Made by a program: the position numbers and the translations under genes. The notes below the pieces were generated by a model. That model did no database searches. It worked only from the letters and a program-made list of their open reading frames with translations, and was not told the DNA's origin. Of a stretch of 64,000 nucleotides of DNA, positions 39,201-46,991 are shown piece after piece. The DNA is taken from NCBI GenBank assembly GCA_965243525.1, contig OZ251568.1, positions 466,119 to 530,118 on the forward strand, in the 5' to 3' direction. The number at the start of each line of letters is the position of its first letter. Within the stretch, counting starts at the first letter, position 1. Source of the DNA: Spirochaetia bacterium. GTDB lineage: Bacteria > Spirochaetota > Spirochaetia > WTKD01.

Positions 39201-39419
39201 ATAGTCAGGATTCAGTGGCTCAGTGTATACACGCGCTGGCAGCAAACCGCTCGTCATAAACGAAGCCGGGTTTGGATTCACCACCACCACATCATAGCCT
39301 TCCTCATGCAATACCTGCACTGCTTGTGAACCCGAATAGTCGAATTCACAGGCCTGACCAATAACGATGGGGCCAGATCCGATAATCATAATTTTGTGTA
39401 TATCAGTTCGTTTGGGCAT
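36216..39419 (-). CDS. carB: Carbamoyl-phosphate synthase large subunit.
   Basis: MPKRTDIHKIMIIGSGPIVIGQACEFDYSGSQA..., two ATP-grasp modules and an MGS-like C-terminus. 1067 aa. Confidence 0.95.
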   Translation of the reverse strand: MPKRTDIHKIMIIGSGPIVIGQACEFDYSGSQAVQVLHEEGYDVVVVNPNPASFMTSGLLPARVYTEPLNPDYLEDILIKEKPDALLATMGGQTALNVSIALHDAGILEKHGIELIGADPQAIRLAEDRGAFKELMINNGFDVPHAHYVRSVQEANDAAAEIGFPMIIRPSFTLGGLGGRIVREGSEFRRYVAEAFRASPNQSLLIEESLIGWREYEMEVIRDSKDNAVVVCSIENVDPMGVHTGDSITVAPAQTLSDDEYQAMRTASIEVLRAVGVDCGGSNVQFAFNEDNSRMVVIEMNPRVSRSSALASKATGFPIARIAARIAIGYSLDEIQNEITQKTYACFEPALDYCAVKVPRFEVDKFSGDAFCLSTEMKSVGESLGIARTFIAALNKAIRSTDTGYDGLTLLSDDYEELFSKIQRRHPLYIHALYTLSHRLGHSIHDELAKLSGVHPWFLHAISEQAVFLAMLGNQELTQKTLLHAKKSGLSDRCIAQHIDGDEASVFDARKSHGIQVGYHVVDTCAGEFPAQTPYYYSAFGELNESDPLDPGAVVIIGSGPNRIGQGLEFDTSCSLAVLALKERNVPSILINNNPETVSTDFNIADRLYIEAIDFEAIREILLHEPCKGVVVQLGGQAALNMAPLIQAMGIRVLGTTIEDIQRSEDRAGFRTVLQELQLRQPENETVTSYAELVSCARRIGYPILLRPSFVLGGRAMRIVYTEHELQTYIKDGVKISSQSPLLVERYLDLADELDVDIISDGYNVYIAGILHHIEEAGVHSGDSACSMPPHDLDSAMEQRIVETCVSLTRALSIKGCCNIQFAIKEQDIYVIEVNPRASRTVPFVSIVTGVPLVELATEVWLGKSLADTSYIEHDGIGVGHARFASAVKEAVFSFSRFDWMDPRLGPEMRSTGESIGIGESFGEAFAKASISAGMNLPKTGRAFLSIGEDRFSEVIPSVLKLHAMGFEIATGRTLAQTLLEKGILVDIMQSADEGRPNVVNYMHHNRIQLVVNLPIPMKEHEDTYIRKEALRYNIPYITTVKGLQAAVEAIAYLQSGIIQTQIVHKD

Positions 39420-39421
39420 AT

Positions 39422-40696
39422 CTAATCCTGTAATCGCTGCTTAAAATACGAAAAAATCCAATGGCCATCATGAGGACCTGGGCCGGCTTCCGGGTGAAAC
39501 TGCACAGAATAGATCTGCTTTGTTTCAGAATAAATCCCCTCCAATGTTCCATCGCTTGTATTTCTAAACCACGGAAACACCGATGCAGGAAGCGTTGTCT
39601 CGTCCACGGCAAATCCATGGTTCTCGCTGACAACATGCACCCGTTTCGTGATTTCGTCCCGTACTGCGTGATTCGCTCCATGGTGTCCAAAAGGAAGTTT
39701 ATACGTCTGAGCACCAAGTGCATGCGCGATGAGTTGATGTCCAAGGCAGATTCCAAACAGAGTGGTTTTCCCCACAAGTGATGTCAGCACAGTTATTACA
39801 TGATCAAGACTTGACGGATCCCCGGGCCCATTGCTCACCAATACCGCATCCGGTGATTCTTTCAGGATGGCATCCACAGTGACAGAACAGGGCAACACAA
39901 TGCAGTCATATTCCGAGAATGCCGCAAGGATATTTTGCTTTATGCCACAGTCTAGCAAGACGATTTTTTTCTTTTGAATATCTGTATGCACGCTATTTGT
40001 CGATTTTTTTGCTATCTCCGGTGGATCCAGCATAGGAACCGTTTTAGCATTCCCATCCGGCTGTCCACGCCCATCTTGCGGTTCAGAAGCTATTCTATGC
40101 TTGTTGCCGCGAGATTGATTTGACGAAAATTCCCTGCGTTGCTTTACTCCGCTGTCTTCTGCGATAGCATTGCCCTCGATGTGATTAGATTGCTGTATTT
40201 GTTGCATGATTTCAGGCATAGAGGCCTTGATTTCTTCAGGAGTTCCCAGAACAACCATTGCTTGTTGAGCACCATGGTCGCGTATATGCCGCGTTAACCC
40301 ACGCGTATCAACATGTGCGATCAAGGGTTTTTTATACTTTTCTAAAAAAGATACCAAGGACATGCGATTGTCTGGAAGCGTTCCAAGGTATAATTCATGA
40401 ACGATGAGCGCAGAAGGAGTGACAATTGAATCTTCTATCGCTGTCAGGCATTGATTCCATCCAAGATCAACTCCATAATTACCCACATGCGCAGTTGTAA
40501 GCAGTACCATTTGTTGTGCGTAGGAAGGATCGGTGAGTATTTCAACATATCCAGTCATCGCCGTGTTAAAAATCAATTCCGCACAGACTGCATTGTCTGC
40601 ACTGAGCTCCGCCACATGCGGTGGATAAAACCCGAACGCATCCCCTGCAAACAGAGTTCCATCTTCAAGAATTATTGCCGCTGTCTTTGATTCCAC
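39422..40696 (-). CDS. carA: Carbamoyl-phosphate synthase small subunit (glutamine amidotransferase) with a low-complexity internal insertion of about 55 aa.
   Basis: N-terminal ILEDGTLFAGDAFG..., GATase motifs LFGICLGHQL and SVQFHPE. An extra Q/N/R/G-rich segment lies between the two domains. 424 aa. Confidence 0.9.
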   Translation of the reverse strand: MESKTAAIILEDGTLFAGDAFGFYPPHVAELSADNAVCAELIFNTAMTGYVEILTDPSYAQQMVLLTTAHVGNYGVDLGWNQCLTAIEDSIVTPSALIVHELYLGTLPDNRMSLVSFLEKYKKPLIAHVDTRGLTRHIRDHGAQQAMVVLGTPEEIKASMPEIMQQIQQSNHIEGNAIAEDSGVKQRREFSSNQSRGNKHRIASEPQDGRGQPDGNAKTVPMLDPPEIAKKSTNSVHTDIQKKKIVLLDCGIKQNILAAFSEYDCIVLPCSVTVDAILKESPDAVLVSNGPGDPSSLDHVITVLTSLVGKTTLFGICLGHQLIAHALGAQTYKLPFGHHGANHAVRDEITKRVHVVSENHGFAVDETTLPASVFPWFRNTSDGTLEGIYSETKQIYSVQFHPEAGPGPHDGHWIFSYFKQRLQD

Positions 40697-40875
40697 AATC
40701 AGAACTCCTTATCCCTGGAATACTCACCATATATCTCAGTATTATCTCTCATAGTGTATACACTAGACATTGGGTATACAAGAATGATATCGATTGCAGG
40801 GGAGATCTTTTATGTTACGTAATCTTTGGGTATGTGTTGGGATATTGCTATTTGGTTTTGCCTAGAAAAGACGTA

Positions 40876-40947
40876 TAGCCCGTAGGGGAGTCGAACCCCT
40901 GTTACAGGACTGAGAACCCTGTGTCCTAACCACTAGACGAACGGGCC
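40876..40947 (-). tRNA. tRNA-Glu (anticodon CUC).
   Basis: Cloverleaf by hand-fold: acceptor GGCCCGT/ACGGGCT (G1.U72), D-stem GTCT/GGAC, anticodon stem CAGGG/TCCTG with loop TTCTCAG, T-arm AGGGG-TTCGACT-CCCCT, discriminator A. No encoded CCA. Confidence 0.7.
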
Positions 40948-40950
40948 ATG

Positions 40951-41021
40951 CTTCCCAGGGAGGATTCGAACCCCCACAAACAGAACCAGAACCTGTTGTG
41001 CTACCATTACACCACCGGGAA
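40951..41021 (-). tRNA. tRNA-Gln (anticodon CUG).
   Basis: Acceptor TTCCCGG/CTGGGAA (U1:A72 as in E. coli tRNA-Gln), anticodon stem ACAGG/TCTGT with loop TTCTGGT, T-arm GGGGG-TTCGAAT-CCTCC, discriminator G. It lies 3 nt from tRNA-Glu. Confidence 0.7.
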
Positions 41022-41024
41022 TTA

Positions 41025-41552
41025 TTAGGTATATTCTACAAAGTACTCAACCGCATAGTCTAGGAGTTTTTCTTTAAATGGAAGAAATCCCAGAGCAATG
41101 ACTGCAAAAACATCGGTAACAACCCCGCCGGTATTCTGCAACAACTCACAGGCTGCTCGCGTTGTTCCCCCGGTTGCCAATACATCATCGATAACTAGGA
41201 TATTGCCATCTTTAGGGACATCATCCTTGTGTACCTCCATCGTTGCACGACCGTATTCTAGTTCATACTCGGTGGTCGCAACATTGCGAGGAAGCTTTCC
41301 TCCCTTTCGCAAGAGGAGCATTGGAATGTTCAAGCTATGTGCCAAGGGGGCTGCAAACAAAAATCCACGCGCTTCAACCGGGGCAATCGCCTTAAAGTCT
41401 CTGTTTTTATAGAGTGCTACGAGTTTATCAATGCAATACGAAAATGCAGATGCATTGAGCAGCAAACTGCTGATGTCATAATAAAGCATGCCTTTCTTTG
41501 GAAAATCAGGTATTTTTTCTATCGCTGAGTCGATAATGCTGTCCCACTTCAC
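41025..41552 (-). CDS. apt: Adenine phosphoribosyltransferase.
   Basis: PRPP-binding motif ILVIDDVLATGGTT and KGMLYYDISSLLLNASAF. 175 aa. Confidence 0.85.
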   Translation of the reverse strand: MKWDSIIDSAIEKIPDFPKKGMLYYDISSLLLNASAFSYCIDKLVALYKNRDFKAIAPVEARGFLFAAPLAHSLNIPMLLLRKGGKLPRNVATTEYELEYGRATMEVHKDDVPKDGNILVIDDVLATGGTTRAACELLQNTGGVVTDVFAVIALGFLPFKEKLLDYAVEYFVEYT

Positions 41553-41587
41553 AGTGCATCATACGCAAGAGTTCTCAGTGATGTCAA

Positions 41588-42571
41588 TCAATGCGCAAGA
41601 GGTGGAAAAAATTTGAAGCGCTCGTCGCGGGTGAACACAGCATCTTCAACCGATAAAAACCGTTCATCCTTGAGATAATGATATCCAATCCCGGCAATCA
41701 TAGCCGCATTATCAGTGCAATGTTGCATCGGCGGCGTGAATACTCCCTGTATCATCGAGCGAAGATATTCATTCGCCGCAACTCCCCCACAAAACACAAC
41801 CGGCATGTTCGCATATTCTTTGCGTAATCGTTGCAAAAGAATTTGTAAGGCACGACCAATCGCATGCTGAAACGATGCTGCGACATCTTCCCCACTATAG
41901 CTAGGCACCTTTGAAAATGTTTTTTGTTGGTGTATAACCGCTGTTTTGATTCCCGAAAACGTAAACGTATACGCATGATCCTGCACAAGGGGAAGGGGAA
42001 AGGCAAAGGCATGGGGATCACCTCGTTTTGCATACTGCTCCAGAGCAGCACCCCCTGGAAATCCCAAGCCGAGATATTGTGCGACCTTGTCAAAGGCCTC
42101 TCCACACGAATCATTGATACTCGTGCCCAGAATTTTGCATTCCAAGGGATCAGTGCATATCCCAACAACGCTATGTCCCCCAGAAAGCAGTATAATTCCA
42201 TAGGGATAGGAGACATCCATGCTTAATTGGATTGCATACATATGCGCGAGAATATGGTTCACCCCGACGATGGGGCATTCTCGCAACAGTGCAAGCGTTT
42301 TTGCAAAAACATTGCCAACAACCAAGGATCCACTCAACCCTGGCCCCTGCGTAACCGCCAACGCATCATAGCCTCCCTTTTGCGCAATAGACTCATACAA
42401 CACCCCAATATTCTTGATATGCTCACGGGAGGCAAGCTCCGGAACAACCCCCGCATACATCTCATGCGTTCTGGTTTGTGAACTGGTAATTTCATTTATT
42501 ATTTGCTTGCCATCGGCAACAAGTGCAACCGATGTTTCATCACAAGAGCTTTCAATCCCAAGAATTCTCAC
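41588..42571 (-). CDS. tsaD: tRNA N6-adenosine threonylcarbamoyltransferase TsaD.
   Basis: MRILGIESSCDETSVALV...GVNHILAHMYA...ILLSGGHS...VFCGGVAAN. Confidence 0.9.
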   Translation of the reverse strand: MRILGIESSCDETSVALVADGKQIINEITSSQTRTHEMYAGVVPELASREHIKNIGVLYESIAQKGGYDALAVTQGPGLSGSLVVGNVFAKTLALLRECPIVGVNHILAHMYAIQLSMDVSYPYGIILLSGGHSVVGICTDPLECKILGTSINDSCGEAFDKVAQYLGLGFPGGAALEQYAKRGDPHAFAFPLPLVQDHAYTFTFSGIKTAVIHQQKTFSKVPSYSGEDVAASFQHAIGRALQILLQRLRKEYANMPVVFCGGVAANEYLRSMIQGVFTPPMQHCTDNAAMIAGIGYHYLKDERFLSVEDAVFTRDERFKFFPPLAH

Positions 42572-43554
42572 TCTGTATGATAGTATTCCATCGATACAAA
42601 TTGAAAGCCCGCATCAATGGCCCTTGGTATCGCTTCACGTAAAACTTGTGCAAGTACAGGAACAGTTACATGTCCGATCATGATGCTTTTCCCATATCTT
42701 CTTGCATAGTCCAAGCCTCGCTCAAATGCAGCGCGCATCGCATCTTCACTGCGCTCATGATCGAGAAAGACATCACGAACACTCACCATCTCAGCAACAT
42801 CTAATTCATGCGCAATATACTCCACCTTGCTATCCTTTGTCGTGCGAGAATCAAGAAATTGAAGACCATGTTGATCAACGACGCGCAGTATATGACCTAT
42901 TGTGAGCGGATCCGCCGTTACGCGTGAGCCCATATGGTTGTTGATCCCTATTGCATGCGGAACCGAATCCAAATTATAGGCTATCAGTTCTGCAATCCGT
43001 TGTTCAGAATTGCCAACATAGATGGCTCCCTCCCCTGGAGAGGCCTCGCCAAAGGGCTCTAGAGGCAGGTGCAAAAAAACCGTATGCTGTTGAGAAAAAA
43101 CATGGACAGCAACATCCCTGCTCTGTGCCAAATTGGGAAGCACCGCAATGGTCACTGGAATTCCCAAGGAAAGAAATGGGCGCACCTGATCAAGGCTCGC
43201 ACCAGCATCGTCTAATACAATAAATAGTTTTCCAGCAGGTTCTATTGGTTCATCTGATTTGCTTGATTCACGCGTTGCCCTCTTGGTCCCTGCCTCTGCA
43301 TCTGGGGCAATTGATGCAATTACATCTGCACTCCCCGATTGGGTATCAGATGCCTCATTTGGTTGAGGTTGCGATGTCTCGAGATCAGACTGAGCAGCTT
43401 GCGCATCCCCGCCTGGAGCATCGACAAACGATGAATAAGCAAGTTCTTCTCTGTGATCGCGGGGAAAGAAGAACTCCATACCTACAAGAACAATAAAGAG
43501 GATGAGAACAATTCCAAAAACCCCCAACTGTGTAGCGCGTTTTTTCTTGTGCAT
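42568..43554 (-). CDS. Divergent polysaccharide deacetylase (YibQ/DUF610, pfam04748) with an N-terminal membrane anchor.
   Basis: TM segment QLGVFGIVLILFIVLVG, a low-complexity linker, then LFIVLDDAGASLDQVRPFLSLGIPVTIAVLPN...INNHMGSRVTAD...IMIGHVT. Confidence 0.6.
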   Translation of the reverse strand: MHKKKRATQLGVFGIVLILFIVLVGMEFFFPRDHREELAYSSFVDAPGGDAQAAQSDLETSQPQPNEASDTQSGSADVIASIAPDAEAGTKRATRESSKSDEPIEPAGKLFIVLDDAGASLDQVRPFLSLGIPVTIAVLPNLAQSRDVAVHVFSQQHTVFLHLPLEPFGEASPGEGAIYVGNSEQRIAELIAYNLDSVPHAIGINNHMGSRVTADPLTIGHILRVVDQHGLQFLDSRTTKDSKVEYIAHELDVAEMVSVRDVFLDHERSEDAMRAAFERGLDYARRYGKSIMIGHVTVPVLAQVLREAIPRAIDAGFQFVSMEYYHTE

Positions 43555-43583
43555 CCTCTATATATCGGAAAAACAACGGGAAA

Positions 43584-44423
43584 TTATTCAACAAACCCCC
43601 ACTCTATTGCCTTGAGTTTCATCTTCACACAAGCGTTTCGAATGACTTTTCGCACATAGGTTTCTTTTAATTCCAAGCGTTCAGCGACCAAACGTACTGA
43701 GACTTTCTTATTTTCTGCAAAGAATCGTTCATAAATCACATTGTATTCTTCATCCGTCAATATTTTCATCAATTTTTTTTCAATATCAAGTTTTTCCTTC
43801 ACCAACAACAAAGATTCTGAAGAATCACGAGAAGAAAACAACTCAGGTGAAAAAGTTTCGTTTTTTGACTGAATAACTTGAGGAGTGAATTCTGGTTTTT
43901 TCACATCACCTTCATCGTCCAACTGCGCCACATAAGATCGAACGTCAGCAGGAGCAAGTTCTTCTTTTTTTGAAGACACGCGGAGTTCCTTTACCTTTCG
44001 AAAAGGAAGACGAATCAATGAATGATTTCTATCGAGATATCGTTGAATATAATGTCTGATCCACCAGACTGCATAAGTAGAAAATCGATTATCTTTCTCT
44101 GTTCTGAACTTATCAGCCGCATGGATGAGTCCCACATTTCCCTCTTGAATCAGATCATCCAACGCAACATTGTTTTCAGTTTTGTACTGTCTCGCTATCT
44201 TCACAACCAATCGTGCGTGTGCATGCACCAATTCGTTACGTCCATCAAGCGAGCCATTATTTGACGCCTGAGCAAATGCCCGTTCCTCATCTTGGGACAA
44301 AAATCCATAATGTGCTATATCCCGAAGATAAATACTCGTAGTGAGCTGAGCTCTACTGTTTTTTTTGTTTGCTTCTTTTACCATATCATACCACCAGAGT
44401 GATCTATGCAAAAAACATACCAA
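43584..44423 (-). CDS. fliA: Flagellar sigma factor sigma-28 (FliA/WhiG).
   Basis: Region 2 RLVVKIARQY...LDDLIQEGNVGLIHAADKF..EKDNRFSTYAVWWIRHYIQRYL. C-terminal region 4 HTH LKETYVRKVIRNACVKMK. 279 aa. Confidence 0.8.
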   Translation of the reverse strand: MVCFLHRSLWWYDMVKEANKKNSRAQLTTSIYLRDIAHYGFLSQDEERAFAQASNNGSLDGRNELVHAHARLVVKIARQYKTENNVALDDLIQEGNVGLIHAADKFRTEKDNRFSTYAVWWIRHYIQRYLDRNHSLIRLPFRKVKELRVSSKKEELAPADVRSYVAQLDDEGDVKKPEFTPQVIQSKNETFSPELFSSRDSSESLLLVKEKLDIEKKLMKILTDEEYNVIYERFFAENKKVSVRLVAERLELKETYVRKVIRNACVKMKLKAIEWGFVE

Positions 44424-44611
44424 TCACTACATAGATGAAAGAAACTCGCAAATCAGCTTATAATAGGTAGATAGAAATAAGTTAAAATCTATTTTATTAC
44501 AAGTAGATTTATCTTTTTAAAAAAAGAGTATACTTTTATATAATACATCTAATATATTATCAATTATAATATAAAATATATTATTGGGGTATTGTAAAAA
44601 GAAATGAAATA
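44424..44611. promoter_or_regulatory. AT-rich (about 20% GC) inverted-repeat-rich intergenic island upstream of fliA.
   Basis: aaatcta-N-tagattt IR, the near-palindrome ataatataaaatatattat, and poly-A/T runs. The surrounding window is about 45% GC. Confidence 0.3.
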
Positions 44612-44929
44612 TTAGGTTCCCGGATAGCCGTTTTGTTCATACTGCTGTATGATCATTTCTGCAAATCCGAATGTTTCAACCCTTGCGAGGATCTGTGAAT
44701 ATTCAGTATCCATCATGTCTTGGAACACTTCTTCCGCAAATCCACCATACAAAAAATTGTCTTGAGGATTGAGGGTGCTACGCATGCTCTTGAGCAATTG
44801 TTTCACAAATAATGATTCAAATTCGCTGGCTACATCGTGGAGCTTTTTTGTATTGTAGTTGAGCTGATCGCTGAGGACATCAGCACGTTGATTGTTGAAT
44901 GTTTCAATTCCTAATTGTTCAATAGTCAT
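44612..44929 (-). CDS. flgJ: Flagellar rod-binding protein (FlgJ N-terminal-domain-only).
   Basis: FESLFVKQLLKSMRSTL...FLYGGFAEEVFQDMMDTEYSQILA is the Rod_binding motif. 105 aa with no muramidase domain. Confidence 0.55.
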   Translation of the reverse strand: MTIEQLGIETFNNQRADVLSDQLNYNTKKLHDVASEFESLFVKQLLKSMRSTLNPQDNFLYGGFAEEVFQDMMDTEYSQILARVETFGFAEMIIQQYEQNGYPGT

Positions 44930-44934
44930 TTATA

Positions 44935-45729
44935 TTACCGCTTCAAGTTGTTTGCTATTCCAAGCATGGTGTCTGATGTTTGAATTGCTTTTGAATTCAT
45001 CTCGTATGCTCGTTGGGCGACAATCATATTCACCATTTCTTCAACCGGCTGCACATTTGACATTTCAAGAAAGCGGTGGATCAATTCTCCATGACCTTGT
45101 CGACCAGGCAATCCAGGAATTGCAGCTCCTGATCCGGGCGTTTCCAAAAACAAATTCTGTCCCAACGCACTCAGACCTGCAGGGTTTACAAAACGGTATA
45201 GCTCAAACTGTCCAACCTCAAGAGGATCATCAACTCCTGGGATTTTCACCGTCACTAGGCCATCCTGTGAAACAGTGATAGTCTCACGAATAAAATTTTC
45301 CGGCATAACAAGCTCAGGCAGGACACGATAGCCATCAGATGTCACAAACTGTCCATTTGAATCGATCTTGAACGCACCATCGCGAGTATATCCATATGAT
45401 CCATCATAGCGAAGCACGCGAAAGAATCCCTCTCCCTCAACTGCAATATCTGAGACATTTCCAGTTGCCTGCAGGGAGCCCTGCAAGAAGAGTTTTTGTG
45501 TCGCTGCAACACGAACACCATGACCAACTTGCTCTCCCACTGGCACCAAGGTTTTCTCCGTGGCAGGCGTTCCTGCGGTGCGTATGGTTTGATAGAGCAG
45601 ATCCTCAAAATCAGCTCGATTCTTTTTGAATCCCGAAGTGTTTACGTTAGAAAGATTGTTTGCAATCGTATCGATGTTAAACTGTTGCCCAACCATCCCC
45701 GTTGCTGCTGTCCACAAAGATCGTACCAT
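44935..45729 (-). CDS. flgG: Flagellar basal-body rod protein FlgG.
   Basis: MVRSLWTAATGMVGQQFNIDTIANNLSNVNTSGFKK.R..F and C-terminal ...VAQRAYEMNSKAIQTSDTML. 264 aa. Confidence 0.85.
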   Translation of the reverse strand: MVRSLWTAATGMVGQQFNIDTIANNLSNVNTSGFKKNRADFEDLLYQTIRTAGTPATEKTLVPVGEQVGHGVRVAATQKLFLQGSLQATGNVSDIAVEGEGFFRVLRYDGSYGYTRDGAFKIDSNGQFVTSDGYRVLPELVMPENFIRETITVSQDGLVTVKIPGVDDPLEVGQFELYRFVNPAGLSALGQNLFLETPGSGAAIPGLPGRQGHGELIHRFLEMSNVQPVEEMVNMIVAQRAYEMNSKAIQTSDTMLGIANNLKR

Positions 45730-45739
45730 TTAATAACTC

Positions 45740-46603
45740 CTATACACGAAGGACATCTCGCAAGAGCTGTCCGGTGCTCTCATCCTCTGTCTGAATAACT
45801 TTTTGATTCGCTTCGTAATTTCTGTTTACTTCGATGAGTCGAACCATCTCAACCACTGGTTGCACATTTGCAGTCTCAAGAAATCCCTGCAAGACCTTTG
45901 GGCGCTTGTCGGGAGCTGCTATGATCGCTGGACCTGATTCTTCGGTGGTATGCCACATGCTTGATCCTTGCTTCCGCAAATAGCGCTCATCGACAAAATC
46001 AACGATTTTCAACCGGTCAAGAAAAACGCGTTCTTCCCAACGGTTTTTGTTGATATCAACAAGGCGGTGTGGATCTTCCTGCAAGGCTTGGTTGATGAAT
46101 ACCTTGCCATCTTCATCGATAACAAAATTGTTCTTTTTGAGATAAAGCGGTCCATCTTCTCCCAAAACAGGAAACCCTTCCTTGGTAACAAGATAGCCAT
46201 TGGGATCAAGAATAAAACTTCCATTGCGGGTATACCGCTCACCATAGGGTGTATCGATTGCAAAAAAACCAGTACCAAATAAAGCCACATCAAATGGCCC
46301 CTCGGTGTTTTTGAGCGATCCCTGTTCAAAGATAGTAAAAACCTCGTTTTGTTCAACTCCTGTTCCCACCGTTCCCACAACTGGTGAGGTATCAAAGGAT
46401 CCAACATGCCGTTGACGAAGAAAAAACGTTCTCAGCCCATCATCATCAGTACGTCGCATCAACAATTCCGGAAAAGCCTTAAAAACCGAGACATCTCGCT
46501 TATAAGCAGCGGTGTCTACGTTGGCCAGATTATTCGACAAGGCATCCATCCGGTGTTGCAGTGCAACCATCCCACTTCCTGCTGTATACAAACCTCGAAT
46601 CAT
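45740..46603 (-). CDS. flgF: Flagellar basal-body rod protein FlgF/FlgG-family.
   Basis: MIRGLYTAGSGMVALQHRMDALSNNLANVDTAAYKRD and C-terminal ...VNRNYEANQKVIQTEDE. 287 aa. Confidence 0.75.
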   Translation of the reverse strand: MIRGLYTAGSGMVALQHRMDALSNNLANVDTAAYKRDVSVFKAFPELLMRRTDDDGLRTFFLRQRHVGSFDTSPVVGTVGTGVEQNEVFTIFEQGSLKNTEGPFDVALFGTGFFAIDTPYGERYTRNGSFILDPNGYLVTKEGFPVLGEDGPLYLKKNNFVIDEDGKVFINQALQEDPHRLVDINKNRWEERVFLDRLKIVDFVDERYLRKQGSSMWHTTEESGPAIIAAPDKRPKVLQGFLETANVQPVVEMVRLIEVNRNYEANQKVIQTEDESTGQLLRDVLRV

Positions 46604-46611
46604 ACACCTTT

Positions 46612-46638
46612 GTATCGGCGAAAGACCAGGCGACTTAA
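46612..46638 (-). promoter_or_regulatory. Sigma-28-like promoter abutting the flgF start.
   Basis: On the minus strand: TTAA-N15(gtcgcctggtctttc)-GCCGATAC, a 7/8 match to the GCCGATAA -10. The -10 ends only 8 nt before the flgF ATG, implying a near-leaderless transcript. Confidence 0.3.
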
Positions 46639-46685
46639 GGTAATGCTCTGATTGTTCGATTAGGCAAACTTTGCTAGCCTAGGAT

Positions 46686-46991
46686 ATGCGAAAGACAACG
46701 CTCCGCTACGCCGGATATATTGGTATCGTGCTTCTTGCAACACTCATTTGGGAATTGACCGAACGAGTGTTTGCACTGTTGGCATTGTCTTTTTCACTCT
46801 CCATTGGCCCTTTTGGGGTTGATATACATGTCCTCGCAATATCAGTCTATTGTAATTTTGGATCACTCATCGGCATCATTATCGTGTATTTCATTGCAAA
46901 ACGTCACAAGAAAAAATCGACCCCCCAGCGTAGCACTCGTCAGGGATCTTCAGCACAGACAAGACATGCAGATGCTCCAATTAAAAAATAA
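46686..46991 (+). CDS. Small membrane protein (2 TM helices plus a basic tail). It overlaps the maf start.
   Basis: LRYAGYIGIVLLATLIWELT... and VLAISVYCNFGSLIGIIIVYFIA helices followed by KRHKKKSTPQRSTRQGSS. Confidence 0.3.
   Translation: MRKTTLRYAGYIGIVLLATLIWELTERVFALLALSFSLSIGPFGVDIHVLAISVYCNFGSLIGIIIVYFIAKRHKKKSTPQRSTRQGSSAQTRHADAPIKK

Noticed and set aside
46771-46965. Long ORF-track N-terminus for maf starting at 46771.
   Set aside because: Maf homology begins at LTLVSASPARKQIL. The upstream part is better explained as the 3' end of an overlapping small membrane-protein ORF in another frame. The start was set at 46966.
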